Positions 19,177 to 29,599 of a stretch of 47,139 nt of DNA are shown piece by piece (the first letter of the stretch is position 1; each line of letters opens with the position of its first letter). This stretch comes from Promethearchaeota archaeon. GTDB taxonomy: Archaea; Asgardarchaeota; Lokiarchaeia; Sigyniarchaeales; SOKP01. Location: positions 1 through 47,139 of the forward strand of contig JAEOTS010000075.1 of the NCBI GenBank assembly GCA_016839745.1, read 5' to 3'. The position numbers and the translations under genes were made by a program. The notes beneath the pieces are model-generated. The model saw only the letters and a list, made by a program, of their open reading frames with translations, was not told the DNA's origin and did no database searches.

Positions 19177-21159
19177 ATGTCAGAAAAAGACAAAAAAATG
19201 GAAAGCGTATTAACTGAAACTCGGATATTCGATCCAGTAGAAATCAGTCCCGACTATGCTAAGACTGGAATGTCAATGGATGAATACAAAAAGTTATACA
19301 AACAATCTATTGAGGATATGGAAGGATTCTGGGGTGAACAAGCTAAATCGCTCGATTGGTTCAAACCCTATGATAAAGTTTGGGAAAAAACCGACCTGTT
19401 CCCCGGGAAGTGGTTTGTCGGTGGAAAACTCAATGTTGCTTACAATTGTATTGATAGGCATGTAAATGCAGGAAATGGAGACCGTGTTGCTATTATATGG
19501 GAAGCAGATGAACCCGGCCAGGTCAGAAAATTTACTTACAACGAACTTTTAAAAGAAGTAAGTAAAGTTGCCAATGCTATGAGAAGTAAAGGACTTAAAA
19601 AAGGTGATCGCGTTACAATTTGGTTACCTATGATTCCTGAATTGGCTATTATTATGCTGGCTTGCGCTCGAATTGGTGTTATCCACTCAATCGTCTTCGG
19701 TGGTTTCTCAAAAGAAGCTGTGAAAGACAGAATTGAAGACTCAGATTCACGTCTATTATTTACGAGCGACGAAACTTTAAGAGGGGGCAAAACTTATCCT
19801 AAAATGGCTGATGTTCTTCAAATAATAGATAAAGTGCCAACGATTGAACATGTTATAGTCGTTAAGCGATCGGGTAACGAGGTTCCTCACACGGATAAGG
19901 ATATCTGGTATCACGATTTTATCGATGGTATGAGTGAAGAGTGTGAACCTGAACAAATGGATTCGGAAGATACGTTATTTATACTCTATACAAGCGGAAC
20001 CACCGGAAAACCTAAGGGTGTTAAACATACGACAGCAGGTTATATCCTATATACATCATTCACTCACAGAACCGTATTCAACTACAAAGAAGGCGAAGTT
20101 TGGTATTGTACCGCAGACATAGGATGGATTACCGGACATAGTTATATCGTTTATGGACCATTAGCAAATGGAGCGACAACTTTAATGTTTGAAAGCGTAC
20201 CAACTTATCCCGATGTAGATCGATTTTGGGATATTGTAGAACGCCATAAGGTAAACCAATTTTATACAGCTCCAACCGCTATACGTGCTCTTATGAGACA
20301 CGGCGATGAACCAGTAAATAGACACGATTTAAGCTCTTTGAAAGTATTAGGCACTGTTGGAGAACCAATAAATCCCGAAGCCTGGACATGGTATCACCGT
20401 GTTGTCGGAAAAGAACGATGTCCTATCGTAGATACATATTGGCAAACTGAAACGGGTGGATTTATTATGACACCAATCGCAACGGCCACCCCTACTAAAC
20501 CAGGATCCTGTTGCATGCCCTTTCTCGGCATCAAACCAGTTATTTTTGATTTAGAAGGTGACGAAATCACCGAAGCAAACGAAGGTGGATATTTTGCAAT
20601 GGGACAACCCTGGCCTGGTATGCTACGCGATGTTTGGGGTGATACTGAGCGTTTTAAATCAACTTATCTCGAAAAATATGCCGGACATTATTACACTGGT
20701 GATGGAGCAAGACGTGATGAAGATGGTTATTACTGGATTCTTGGACGATTAGATGATGTTATTAAAGTTTCAGGGCATCGTATAGGTACAATGGAAGTGG
20801 AATCTGCAATTGTTAGTCATCCTAAGGTAGCAGAAGCTGCTGTAGCACCTTTTCCACACAAAATAAAGGGACAAGCTATTTGGGCGTTCGTGACATTAAT
20901 GGGTGGCGTTGAAAAATCGGCGAAATTATCGAAGGAGCTCCGAATGCATGTTAGACAAGAGATTGGGCCAGTGTTTCAGCCAGATGTAATACAGTTTGCT
21001 GATGCATTACCTAAAACGCGAAGTGGTAAGATTATGCGCAGAATTCTTAAAGCCATAGCCTCAGGAACAGAAATAGGCAATGTTACGACCTTAGCCGATC
21101 CTTCAGTAGTCGATGTATTACTTGAAGATCGTAAGAAAATAGATGTCGAAGTAGGTTAA
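19177..21159 (+). CDS. acs: AMP-forming acetyl-CoA synthetase
   Basis: YTSGTTGKPKG, ADIGWITGHSY, DTYWQTETGG, GRLDDVIKVSGHR, LPKTRSGKIMRR. Confidence 0.97.
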   Translation: MSEKDKKMESVLTETRIFDPVEISPDYAKTGMSMDEYKKLYKQSIEDMEGFWGEQAKSLDWFKPYDKVWEKTDLFPGKWFVGGKLNVAYNCIDRHVNAGNGDRVAIIWEADEPGQVRKFTYNELLKEVSKVANAMRSKGLKKGDRVTIWLPMIPELAIIMLACARIGVIHSIVFGGFSKEAVKDRIEDSDSRLLFTSDETLRGGKTYPKMADVLQIIDKVPTIEHVIVVKRSGNEVPHTDKDIWYHDFIDGMSEECEPEQMDSEDTLFILYTSGTTGKPKGVKHTTAGYILYTSFTHRTVFNYKEGEVWYCTADIGWITGHSYIVYGPLANGATTLMFESVPTYPDVDRFWDIVERHKVNQFYTAPTAIRALMRHGDEPVNRHDLSSLKVLGTVGEPINPEAWTWYHRVVGKERCPIVDTYWQTETGGFIMTPIATATPTKPGSCCMPFLGIKPVIFDLEGDEITEANEGGYFAMGQPWPGMLRDVWGDTERFKSTYLEKYAGHYYTGDGARRDEDGYYWILGRLDDVIKVSGHRIGTMEVESAIVSHPKVAEAAVAPFPHKIKGQAIWAFVTLMGGVEKSAKLSKELRMHVRQEIGPVFQPDVIQFADALPKTRSGKIMRRILKAIASGTEIGNVTTLADPSVVDVLLEDRKKIDVEVG

Positions 21160-21186
21160 ATCTTTTTTTTATTTCTTTTTATTTTA
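21160..21186 (+). terminator. Oligo-U archaeal terminator downstream of acs
   Basis: TCTTTTTTTTATTTCTTTTTATTTT right after the stop codon. Confidence 0.5.
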
Positions 21187-21232
21187 ATGATTTCAAGTTT
21201 AACATTTACTTTTAGGTACGGAGGAAAATCAA

Positions 21233-22765
21233 TTATCCGAGTTTATCTAAAAAAGTTACCAAAAATTCCCAAATATTAAGAACACTACTGACTTTCAAAC
21301 GCTCGTCTGTAGAATGAGCCCCTAAAATAGTTGGTCCGATGGCTATTAATTCTAATTTGGGGTTATGTCTTTTAAAATCCGCACACTCTAAGCCTCCATG
21401 AATAGCTTTTATATTTATATCCTCTCCAAAGAGTTCTTTATACGTATTTTTAGCGAGATTTGATATCCTAGAATTAAACTCTGGATCCCACTCTGGACCC
21501 TCTATAAAATTGTAAAATTTATATCTCATACCCGAAAGTTCGAGTAATGATGTCAGTTTTTCATTAATTTCATGTAATCCATATTGACTGAAACTTCTGT
21601 AACATAAATCAAATTCAATCCTGGACCTCATCGATCGAATGGGCCCTATATTGTTTGATGTATGTACTAGATTTCGTTTTTTTGAGTGAAAACTATATGG
21701 TCCATACGGCATCAAATATAAAATATTTAAGAGTTTATTTTGGTTATCCTCGGAAAAATAAGTATAATCTGTGAAATCTTTTAATTTTTCCATGGAAATT
21801 TCTATTTTTTCTTCGATTCCATCAAAATGATGTTGGATATTACTGCAAAACCCTAAAAGAAAATCTTCAACCTCAGAATAATTATTATTACTAATAAATA
21901 CGGTAGCTTCTGAATTTTTTGAAATAGCTGTTACCCATGTTCCACCTTTTAGTGAATTTAGATGAATTTTAAATTTTCTATTTAATTTCCATAGAAGTTG
22001 AGAAAGAATTTTAATTGCATTGGGCCTACCTCTATGGATATCAACCCCCGAGTGGCCACCAATTAATCCCTTTACAGTAATTTTTATTGGCATTAAAAAT
22101 TGTCTTTCTACAGCGAAAGAGATTCTTTTCATTTTTATTCCAACTCTGTAAAGAAGCATGGCAGCGCTCCCTATTGTAAATACATCTTCGTTTTCAGAAT
22201 CGAGATTGATTAAATAGTCTCCTTCTAAAAGGTCTTTATTTATGAAAGCAGCACCATCACCGCCTAATTCTTCGCACACGGTAAATAATAATGTGATATC
22301 AGTATCATCATAATTCAGCTCATTTTCACGGATCTTTTTCATTAAAGCTAACTGGATTGCCATACCAGCTCCATTATCTGCTCCTAATGATGTTCCTTCA
22401 GCTGTAATCCATTTTTCGTTATCAATCTCATATAATTGAAATTTTATAGGATCCTTGGTAAAATCGTGTTCTATATTATCGTCTTTTATACAGACCATAT
22501 CCATATGACTCTGTATAATTATCTTAGTACGTTTATTCTGAGAATTATTCGTAGAAGGTAGTATAACAGCGATGTTTTTTATCTCATCAATTTTCGTTTG
22601 AAATCCAAAATTTTCAGCTTCCTCTTTAATAAATTCTCTAATTTGATCTTCTCTAGCCGTTCCTCGAGGAATTTTACATATTTTGGAAAAATAATCCCAA
22701 ATTTCTGCTGGTTCACCTAGTTCTTTTAAATTTTGCACATTTCTCATCCTCATGTATGATTTCAT
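21233..22765 (-). CDS. pepD: Aminoacyl-histidine dipeptidase PepD (M20C)
   Basis: QSHMDMV, LGADNG, CEELG, NLDSE, GGHSG, HGGLEC, GAHSTDER. Confidence 0.9.
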   Translation of the reverse strand: MKSYMRMRNVQNLKELGEPAEIWDYFSKICKIPRGTAREDQIREFIKEEAENFGFQTKIDEIKNIAVILPSTNNSQNKRTKIIIQSHMDMVCIKDDNIEHDFTKDPIKFQLYEIDNEKWITAEGTSLGADNGAGMAIQLALMKKIRENELNYDDTDITLLFTVCEELGGDGAAFINKDLLEGDYLINLDSENEDVFTIGSAAMLLYRVGIKMKRISFAVERQFLMPIKITVKGLIGGHSGVDIHRGRPNAIKILSQLLWKLNRKFKIHLNSLKGGTWVTAISKNSEATVFISNNNYSEVEDFLLGFCSNIQHHFDGIEEKIEISMEKLKDFTDYTYFSEDNQNKLLNILYLMPYGPYSFHSKKRNLVHTSNNIGPIRSMRSRIEFDLCYRSFSQYGLHEINEKLTSLLELSGMRYKFYNFIEGPEWDPEFNSRISNLAKNTYKELFGEDINIKAIHGGLECADFKRHNPKLELIAIGPTILGAHSTDERLKVSSVLNIWEFLVTFLDKLG

Positions 22766-22891
22766 TTTTATTAATTATATTAAAGATACTGCTAGATAAA
22801 AAAAGTTTAACTTAATTTGGATCAAAGGGTAATAATATAATTATTAGATAATTTAAATCAAATAAATTTAGAAAATTAAGGTGTATTATCA

Positions 22892-23803
22892 ATGATGGAA
22901 ATTGTCGAAAATGTTTATGTAGTTAAACCTCATAATCCTACTGAGCCAGGTTGTTGTGTTTATATAGTTGATACTAAAAGTAAAGATGGGTTAGTGTTAA
23001 TTGATGTTGGGCTTTACATTGAACCTATTCAAGTTATTGAGAAAGAGGGATTTAATCTAAAAGATATTAAACATTGCCTAATAACTCACGGGCACATAGA
23101 TCATTTTGGTGCGTGTCATGAACTTAAAAAATATAATGCGGATATTAAATTTTATGCTCATGAACAAGATGCTGACAAAATTGAACAAAAAAGACCAAAT
23201 CAATCTTTAAATCCATTTTTCGCAAATTATGAATATGAACCTATCAAATTAGCAAGAAAATTTAAGGCTGATAATGAAATTTTAAAAATTGGACAACTGG
23301 AGTTTAAATGTTTACATATTCCTGGACATACCTCAGGATCTGTAGCATATCTTTTAGAAACGGGGAATAAAAGGCTTCTTTTTGCCGGAGATCTTCCTGG
23401 AATTGCTATAAATATTAGCGACGGCAATTTAGATGACTATCTTAAATCAATGCAGAAATTAACTGCTATAGAAATCGATATTCTTTGTGAAGGGCATGAA
23501 GATATAATCAAACCAGCAGAAAAAGTAAACAAATTTATTAAAGGTTATATGAAATTTAACGAAAATCTTAACCATATTGTATTGGAAAACCCATATCATA
23601 CAAAAATTTTACTTGATTTAGCGCTAATATCATATGAGCTCGAATTTTTTGAAACTGCATTAGATTTCTGTAATTACTTATTAGAACTTGATCCTGATAA
23701 TTCAAGTGGTAGTCAATTACTTAAGAAGATTAAAGAACACGATCCTCCTAAATTTGAGTTCGTTAAAAGACTTATTAAAGAAAATTTTAGTAAAGAAAAG
23801 TAA
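22892..23803 (+). CDS. Metallo-beta-lactamase-fold hydrolase with C-terminal TPR-like helix pair
   Basis: THGHIDH, PGHTSGS, AGD, EGH; LALISYELEFFETALDFCNYLLELDPDN. Confidence 0.88.
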   Translation: MMEIVENVYVVKPHNPTEPGCCVYIVDTKSKDGLVLIDVGLYIEPIQVIEKEGFNLKDIKHCLITHGHIDHFGACHELKKYNADIKFYAHEQDADKIEQKRPNQSLNPFFANYEYEPIKLARKFKADNEILKIGQLEFKCLHIPGHTSGSVAYLLETGNKRLLFAGDLPGIAINISDGNLDDYLKSMQKLTAIEIDILCEGHEDIIKPAEKVNKFIKGYMKFNENLNHIVLENPYHTKILLDLALISYELEFFETALDFCNYLLELDPDNSSGSQLLKKIKEHDPPKFEFVKRLIKENFSKEK

Positions 23804-23900
23804 TTTTAATAGGAAGAAGGATCTCTAATTTTTAAGAACCCTCTTTGTAAAATCAGATAAGAAATAAAATTATATACTAGTTTTTCTCTATTAATTAACT

Positions 23901-24143
23901 ATGGTCAATTGTCTTTTTTGCCATCAACCAGTGACAGAGAATCAAGTTTTATGTTTAAATTGTGGATCGCAAATTAAACCCCTCGAAGTAAAGTTTAGAT
24001 TCTTTTGGAAAAAACACAATATGTTTTTATCTAATCAACAAGTTTCTTTATTTGAAAGTAAATTTATTGAGGTGAAAACAAGTGAAATTAAGAGAAGACT
24101 TAGAAGCCCGCAAGGAAATACGACATTAGATCGATGGTTATAA
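23901..24143 (+). CDS. Small zinc-ribbon protein
   Basis: CLFC...CLNCG at N-terminus. Confidence 0.6.
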   Translation: MVNCLFCHQPVTENQVLCLNCGSQIKPLEVKFRFFWKKHNMFLSNQQVSLFESKFIEVKTSEIKRRLRSPQGNTTLDRWL

Positions 24144-24191
24144 TATATTATTCAGAGATAACTTAAACTTAGCTTTGATCGATTTAATAAC

Positions 24192-25646
24192 TCAATAGAA
24201 AAATTTCCACTCATTTCTGTCCAAACTGTCAATCAAATTTAAGATAATTTTAGCTAAATCAGCATCCTTCTTCATTATATCCTTCAATTCTAACATAAGA
24301 TTTTCTTCTCCGAACTTAAGAATAGAAAAAGCCGTAAGTCTTATTAGATTTTTATCCTTTAAGGTATGGAGATTTTCTAAAGAGATCTTTATTAATTCTT
24401 CGATTTGTAAATCTATAATAAGCTTAAGGATCATCTCTTTCTTTTTTAGAAGTGTCTTTACTTTACCTGAGGTTTTCGCTGGAGTAAGTTTTAAAATTTT
24501 TATGAATTCATTTTTAACATCTTGCCATTGTTCAAGCATTTCTGGGTTATCTATAAGAGATTCTCGAATGAATTCCAATGACCAGTTATCCCCATTATTA
24601 AGTAAATTCAGGATCAGATCCTGGTTGATGAGATTAGATTCTTGCATGTATTTGATGAGATTTGCATCAACGATCTGATAATTTCTAACATTTTTAATAA
24701 TTATTTCTTCCCAATTCTCAATCTTTTCTTTTAATACCAAAATTGCCTTTAGAATTTCTGATATGAGGTTAGGATTTTCACTTTCCTCCAATTTTCTCAA
24801 GATTATCGAAATCAATTTGTCGTTATCATGATATCTCCTTGCAATAAGAAATAATGAATTATATGGATATCTTAAAGACTTCACAAATTCGAGAGTTTCT
24901 TCCTCGAGCGATAGTCCTAGTATCGCACCAACCCTGAAAATACTTTCTTGAAGAGATTTTACATTTTTTAAGAATTCTTCGTCTGTAATCTTCTCCTCAT
25001 TTATTTGAGTTAAATAAGATTTGAAGAGATTTGTAACTTCATTTAATTTAATAACATCTCCTTCTAGAGAAAGATTTTCGAATGATTTAACCATTTGATT
25101 CTTGAGATGAAAGTCTCTTATGCTTATATTATTAGCGAGTCTTAAAATTAACGATTCTACATTTTGATTAGTAGTTTTAGAAACCACATTTTCAATTAGA
25201 TCAGAAACTACACTATCTGTCACTTTATCAAAAGATAAACAATACTCAAAAGCGGGTTTGAAGCTTAATTTTCCATTTAATTCGCAAATTCTTCTAACGT
25301 GGTGTTCCCGTAGCGAAGTTCGGAGTTCAGCTGAATCACCATGATAGCTAATTTCTCTACTATCATTTAAAATTTCTACTATGATCTCCTGAATTTTCAT
25401 TATTCTCTCATCTTCATAAACAGAGATCTCCTCTAAAACATGATGCAAACCTAGAAAACTCCACGCCCTCAATACAGTTTCGTTAGTATCAAAAAGCTCG
25501 AACAAGAGATTGAAATCTTTTCTATTAACTAAAGGTTTAAATACATTTTTATAAGTCGATGTTAAATTTGCTTTTGGACTTTGTTCTATTGGTGCATATC
25601 CCTTTCTCAATTTATCAATGATTTTTTGGTTGAATGAACTACTCAT
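24192..25646 (-). CDS. Hypothetical HEAT/ARM-like helical protein
   Basis: Long Leu/Ile/Glu/Lys-rich helical ORF; DTNETVLRAWSFLGL HEAT-like motif. Confidence 0.55.
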   Translation of the reverse strand: MSSSFNQKIIDKLRKGYAPIEQSPKANLTSTYKNVFKPLVNRKDFNLLFELFDTNETVLRAWSFLGLHHVLEEISVYEDERIMKIQEIIVEILNDSREISYHGDSAELRTSLREHHVRRICELNGKLSFKPAFEYCLSFDKVTDSVVSDLIENVVSKTTNQNVESLILRLANNISIRDFHLKNQMVKSFENLSLEGDVIKLNEVTNLFKSYLTQINEEKITDEEFLKNVKSLQESIFRVGAILGLSLEEETLEFVKSLRYPYNSLFLIARRYHDNDKLISIILRKLEESENPNLISEILKAILVLKEKIENWEEIIIKNVRNYQIVDANLIKYMQESNLINQDLILNLLNNGDNWSLEFIRESLIDNPEMLEQWQDVKNEFIKILKLTPAKTSGKVKTLLKKKEMILKLIIDLQIEELIKISLENLHTLKDKNLIRLTAFSILKFGEENLMLELKDIMKKDADLAKIILNLIDSLDRNEWKFFY

Positions 25647-25722
25647 ATAGCTTCAATATATGGTATTTACATTTGTTTTTCAATTTTTCAATAAATTTTC
25701 TTCTCAAATTAAATGATTTAAT

Positions 25723-27762
25723 TTATAAAGAGATATGAGTGGCGAGTAAATCTTCATTTTTTGAAGAAGATCCAATGTAAATAGTATATTCGATACTTTC
25801 GACTTCCCAAGCTCTATTATCAGGATTATACCATGCTAAATCTTTTTTCTTCACATCAATAGATACTGTCTTTGTTTCTTTTGGTTTTAAGGCAACTCTC
25901 TTAAATCCCCGTAACAGTTTTAGAGGGCGATCAACGCTAGAATACTCAAATCCTATGTATAATTGTACAATTTCTTCACCGGCAACATCTCCAATATTCG
26001 AAACATCTATACTTACACTAATTTTCTTTTCAGTTGATTCTACTCGGATATTTTTATATGAATACTCAGTATAACTCAACCCAAATCCAAAAGGGAATGC
26101 GGGTTCAATTTTTTCCTTTTCCATCAAAGTATATCCATGATAATAACCGTATTCAATCTCGTCAACATATATATCGAAATAGGGTAAATGAGCAGGATCT
26201 TTCGGAATTGTTAATGGTAATTTTCCGCTTGGATTAACTTTACCAAAAAGAATATTTGCCAATGCGTTCCCTCCTTCCATCCCAGAATACCAAGCCATTA
26301 GTATTGAAGGAACTTTTTCTTTCCACTCTTCCATAAGGATCGCACTTCCTCCAACCAACACAACTACGCATTTTTTGTTTACTTTTGAAACGGCATCGAT
26401 TAGTTTAATGTCATCCTCTTTTAATCCGAGATTAGTTCGGTCTCCTAACCCTTTTGAAATGTGAGGAATATATTCGCCCTCATCTTTAAACGTGTATCCA
26501 ACAACTAGTACAACAGAATCCACGCTTTGTGCAATTTGTTGAGCAACATCAATATCCTTACCTTCATTATGAATTACTTTTATTTTATTCCCAATACTTT
26601 TTTTTATCCCTTGCAAAGGAGTAATAATATTTCTCTGGCGAACATGACTACTTCCATGATCACCTGTATTTTTTTTATCAGATAAAGGTCCTAACACTGC
26701 TAAAGAATTAATCTCATCAGTATTGAATGGTAAAAGTTTGTTTTGATTTTTGAGTAGAACCATGCTCTTTTCAGCAACTTCGCGAGCTAAGAGTATGTGA
26801 TCATTGCAACCAATTAAGTCTGCGTCATAATTTTGAGGATCTTCTTTTGTGGTGAACTTTAATACCGTACGCAGTATTCTTCTTACGGAATCGTCAACGG
26901 AGTTTAGAGAAACTTTTCCTAACTTTACTGCTTTTACTAACCTTCTTCCATAATATTTAGCACGGGGCATTTCAACATCTAAACCCCCCAAGATCCCCTT
27001 AGTAGTATCTCTAAGACCGTTCATCCAATCTGAGTGGACGAAACCATCAAATCCCCATTCGCTCTTTAGTATATCTCTTAATAAGTATGAGTTATGACCA
27101 CAATATTCACCACGTATTTTGTTATAAGCCGACATAACAGTTGCACACCCATCTTCAACACAACGCTTGAAATGAGGTAAATATACTTCTCTTAATGTTC
27201 TTTCACTTATCTGAACATTGATTTTAAAACGTGAATATTCTATGCTATTAGCGGCAAAATGTTTAACAGTAGCCATTACATTGTGTTTTTGAACTCCACG
27301 TACTATCGCAACTCCAAATTCGCCAATGTGAAATGGATCTTCTCCGAAAGTTTCTTGAGCTCTTCCCCATGCGGGATGGCGTAAAAGGTTAATACAAACG
27401 CCTCCAAAAAGGTTGGCTCCTTGGGCACGGGCTTCCTTCCCAATAGCTTCACCTAATTTTTCTTCAAGCGGTATATCCCAAGTTGCACCTCGAGCCATCG
27501 GTACTGGAAAACATGTAGATCCTGGAATACTTACTCCCTTTGGCCCATCAGTAAATAAAAATGGAGGAATATTTAAATGTTCCACGCCTCCACCAGGATA
27601 AGCACGTACTCCGAACTTATGATCTTTTAAAAGGAGCAAAAAAAAATTGTTTCCTGTCATTGTTGCAACTTTTTCTTTTAGTGTCATCAAAACTAATGCT
27701 TTATTAACAATATCATCAATTTCCTCATCCGTCATTCCTTCTCTAATATTAAATTTATCCAA
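25723..27762 (-). CDS. GH3 beta-glucosidase (BglX-like) with C-terminal Fn3-like domain
   Basis: TDGPKG, GRAQETFGEDP, KHFAAN, MSAYN, HSDW nucleophile, SMVLLKN, PFGFGLSYT. Confidence 0.95.
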   Translation of the reverse strand: MDKFNIREGMTDEEIDDIVNKALVLMTLKEKVATMTGNNFFLLLLKDHKFGVRAYPGGGVEHLNIPPFLFTDGPKGVSIPGSTCFPVPMARGATWDIPLEEKLGEAIGKEARAQGANLFGGVCINLLRHPAWGRAQETFGEDPFHIGEFGVAIVRGVQKHNVMATVKHFAANSIEYSRFKINVQISERTLREVYLPHFKRCVEDGCATVMSAYNKIRGEYCGHNSYLLRDILKSEWGFDGFVHSDWMNGLRDTTKGILGGLDVEMPRAKYYGRRLVKAVKLGKVSLNSVDDSVRRILRTVLKFTTKEDPQNYDADLIGCNDHILLAREVAEKSMVLLKNQNKLLPFNTDEINSLAVLGPLSDKKNTGDHGSSHVRQRNIITPLQGIKKSIGNKIKVIHNEGKDIDVAQQIAQSVDSVVLVVGYTFKDEGEYIPHISKGLGDRTNLGLKEDDIKLIDAVSKVNKKCVVVLVGGSAILMEEWKEKVPSILMAWYSGMEGGNALANILFGKVNPSGKLPLTIPKDPAHLPYFDIYVDEIEYGYYHGYTLMEKEKIEPAFPFGFGLSYTEYSYKNIRVESTEKKISVSIDVSNIGDVAGEEIVQLYIGFEYSSVDRPLKLLRGFKRVALKPKETKTVSIDVKKKDLAWYNPDNRAWEVESIEYTIYIGSSSKNEDLLATHISL

Positions 27763-27871
27763 AATAATACCCCTAAAAATTCAAATGATTATAACTTTAA
27801 TATTTAACATAGCGAATTTTTATTTAACATTGTGATTTTTGACTAATTACTAATGGTTTAAACACAAAATT

Positions 27872-29131
27872 GTGAAAAAAATGTCTGATAATAATTACAT
27901 GTATAAATTTATTGAAGATATCTGCAATGAAATTGGTCCTCGGGAATCCGGGACAGAACAGGAAATATTAGCTGGTAACCTAGTAGAATCAGAGTTGAAA
28001 AAGTTTTGCGATGAAACACACCAAGAGTCATACACCAGTAGCCCTCATGCTTTTTTAGGAGGAATAAGGTATGGTGCCCTGCTGGTATTAATTGCTGGGA
28101 TATTTTTTTGGTTATCGTTGTTAACTGATCTAAGTATCATAACTCTAAATCCTATTATTAATCTCCTTTTCTTAATTTTAGCGATCGTTCTTATTGTAGT
28201 TACGATTAACTATTTTATTCTAGAAGTTATGAAATACCATGAAATCTTCGATTTTCTCTTTCCCAAACGCGAATCAAATAACATAATTGGAACTATCGAT
28301 CCAAAAAATAGGATTAAAAAAACTGTAATCTTCTCTGCTCATCACGATTCAGCCTTTGAGTTTAATACTTTTTACTATTTGAAGCGATTTGGGCAAATAA
28401 TAATTAATGTAGGATATTTAGGGGTTGCCATAATGTTTATAGCTATACTACTTAAATTGATCTTCTTCCTTTTATCGATTGAACAAATTCTTCTATTTTT
28501 AGTCTTTGGTATTATCTTTATATTTTTCATACCAATCATTTTAGTTTATATCTTTTTTCATAGCTATAAACCAGTTCTTGGTGCGTTCGATAACCTATCT
28601 GGAGTCGCTGTCCTATTAGGAATCGCAAAGTACCTATCTGAGAGTAAAAACGATAACGAATTCTTCCCTCAACACACCAGAGTTCACTTAATTTCTTTCG
28701 CAGGTGAGGAAGCTGGTTTAAGAGGTGCTAAACGATATGTGGAAACTCATTACAACGAATTGGTATCAAATCAGACTACTGTTGTTAATATGGATAGCAT
28801 TGCTAAAAAAGATTTTATCGTAATCCACAATAAAGAATCGGGGATAGGAGCTAAGCACGATCCAATTGTGTTCGAACCCCTCTTAGATATAGCTGAGAAC
28901 TTGAACCTTAATGCTACATTATTACCGCTCCCATTTGGCGCGACTGATGGAGCTGTCTTTAGTAAAAATAATATTCCTGCTGCCTCTATAGGTGGTTTGA
29001 ATTTAAAAGAAGAACTAGTACCATATTATCACACTAGAAATGATACTCCTGCTGTAATTGAAAAAGAAGCTTTAAGTCAATTTGTCCAAGTATGCTTAGA
29101 GTACTTAAAATTAGTGGATAATCAAAGTTAG
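27872..29131 (+). CDS. Membrane-embedded M28 family peptidase
   Basis: SAHHDS, GAFDNLSG, GEEAGLRG, NMD, TDG, YHT; about four TM segments; start may be ATG 27881. Confidence 0.88.
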   Translation: MKKMSDNNYMYKFIEDICNEIGPRESGTEQEILAGNLVESELKKFCDETHQESYTSSPHAFLGGIRYGALLVLIAGIFFWLSLLTDLSIITLNPIINLLFLILAIVLIVVTINYFILEVMKYHEIFDFLFPKRESNNIIGTIDPKNRIKKTVIFSAHHDSAFEFNTFYYLKRFGQIIINVGYLGVAIMFIAILLKLIFFLLSIEQILLFLVFGIIFIFFIPIILVYIFFHSYKPVLGAFDNLSGVAVLLGIAKYLSESKNDNEFFPQHTRVHLISFAGEEAGLRGAKRYVETHYNELVSNQTTVVNMDSIAKKDFIVIHNKESGIGAKHDPIVFEPLLDIAENLNLNATLLPLPFGATDGAVFSKNNIPAASIGGLNLKEELVPYYHTRNDTPAVIEKEALSQFVQVCLEYLKLVDNQS

Positions 29132-29172
29132 TTCATCCTTTATTCTTTTTTTTCTATTTCATTAGTTCTTTT

Positions 29173-29571
29173 TTAGTAGAGGAAAATCAATTTACGAATA
29201 TAATCTTCCATTTTTTCTAAGATTACATCAAAATTAGATTCGTAATTTAAATCTAAGACTAAGAAAGTTTTCTCGTCACATTCAGTAATTACAATAGTCT
29301 GAGTTCCTAACTCTGCGATTATTCTAGCTGCTTTTCTATCTCCCATTGTATGGCTTAGGCCTATAGCACTTTCTAAGACCGATGCACACATGGATGTGAA
29401 GTTATCAAAATCAATTTTTTCTTTAAAATTTTCCGCAATAAGACCTCCGTCGCGATATGCGTATAAAACACCTAATAAATTTCCGTTTTTTTTAATTAGG
29501 TTCATAATTCGAGCTAATTTTTTAACCTTTTCAGTTTTTGGAAGTTCTAACTCATCCATTTTTAATTTCAT
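29173..29571 (-). CDS. Roadblock/LC7 (MglB-like) domain protein, divergent
   Basis: GVLYAYRDGGLIA...FTSMCASVL pattern and size. Confidence 0.75.
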   Translation of the reverse strand: MKLKMDELELPKTEKVKKLARIMNLIKKNGNLLGVLYAYRDGGLIAENFKEKIDFDNFTSMCASVLESAIGLSHTMGDRKAARIIAELGTQTIVITECDEKTFLVLDLNYESNFDVILEKMEDYIRKLIFLY

Positions 29572-29599
29572 ACTCAGTTATCAATAGATAATTTAATTA

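Noticed and set aside
19177-21159. Visibly higher GC in acs as a sign of recent HGT
   Set aside because: Similar bias in the conserved Roadblock gene; equally explained by amino-acid composition or expression; needs phylogeny
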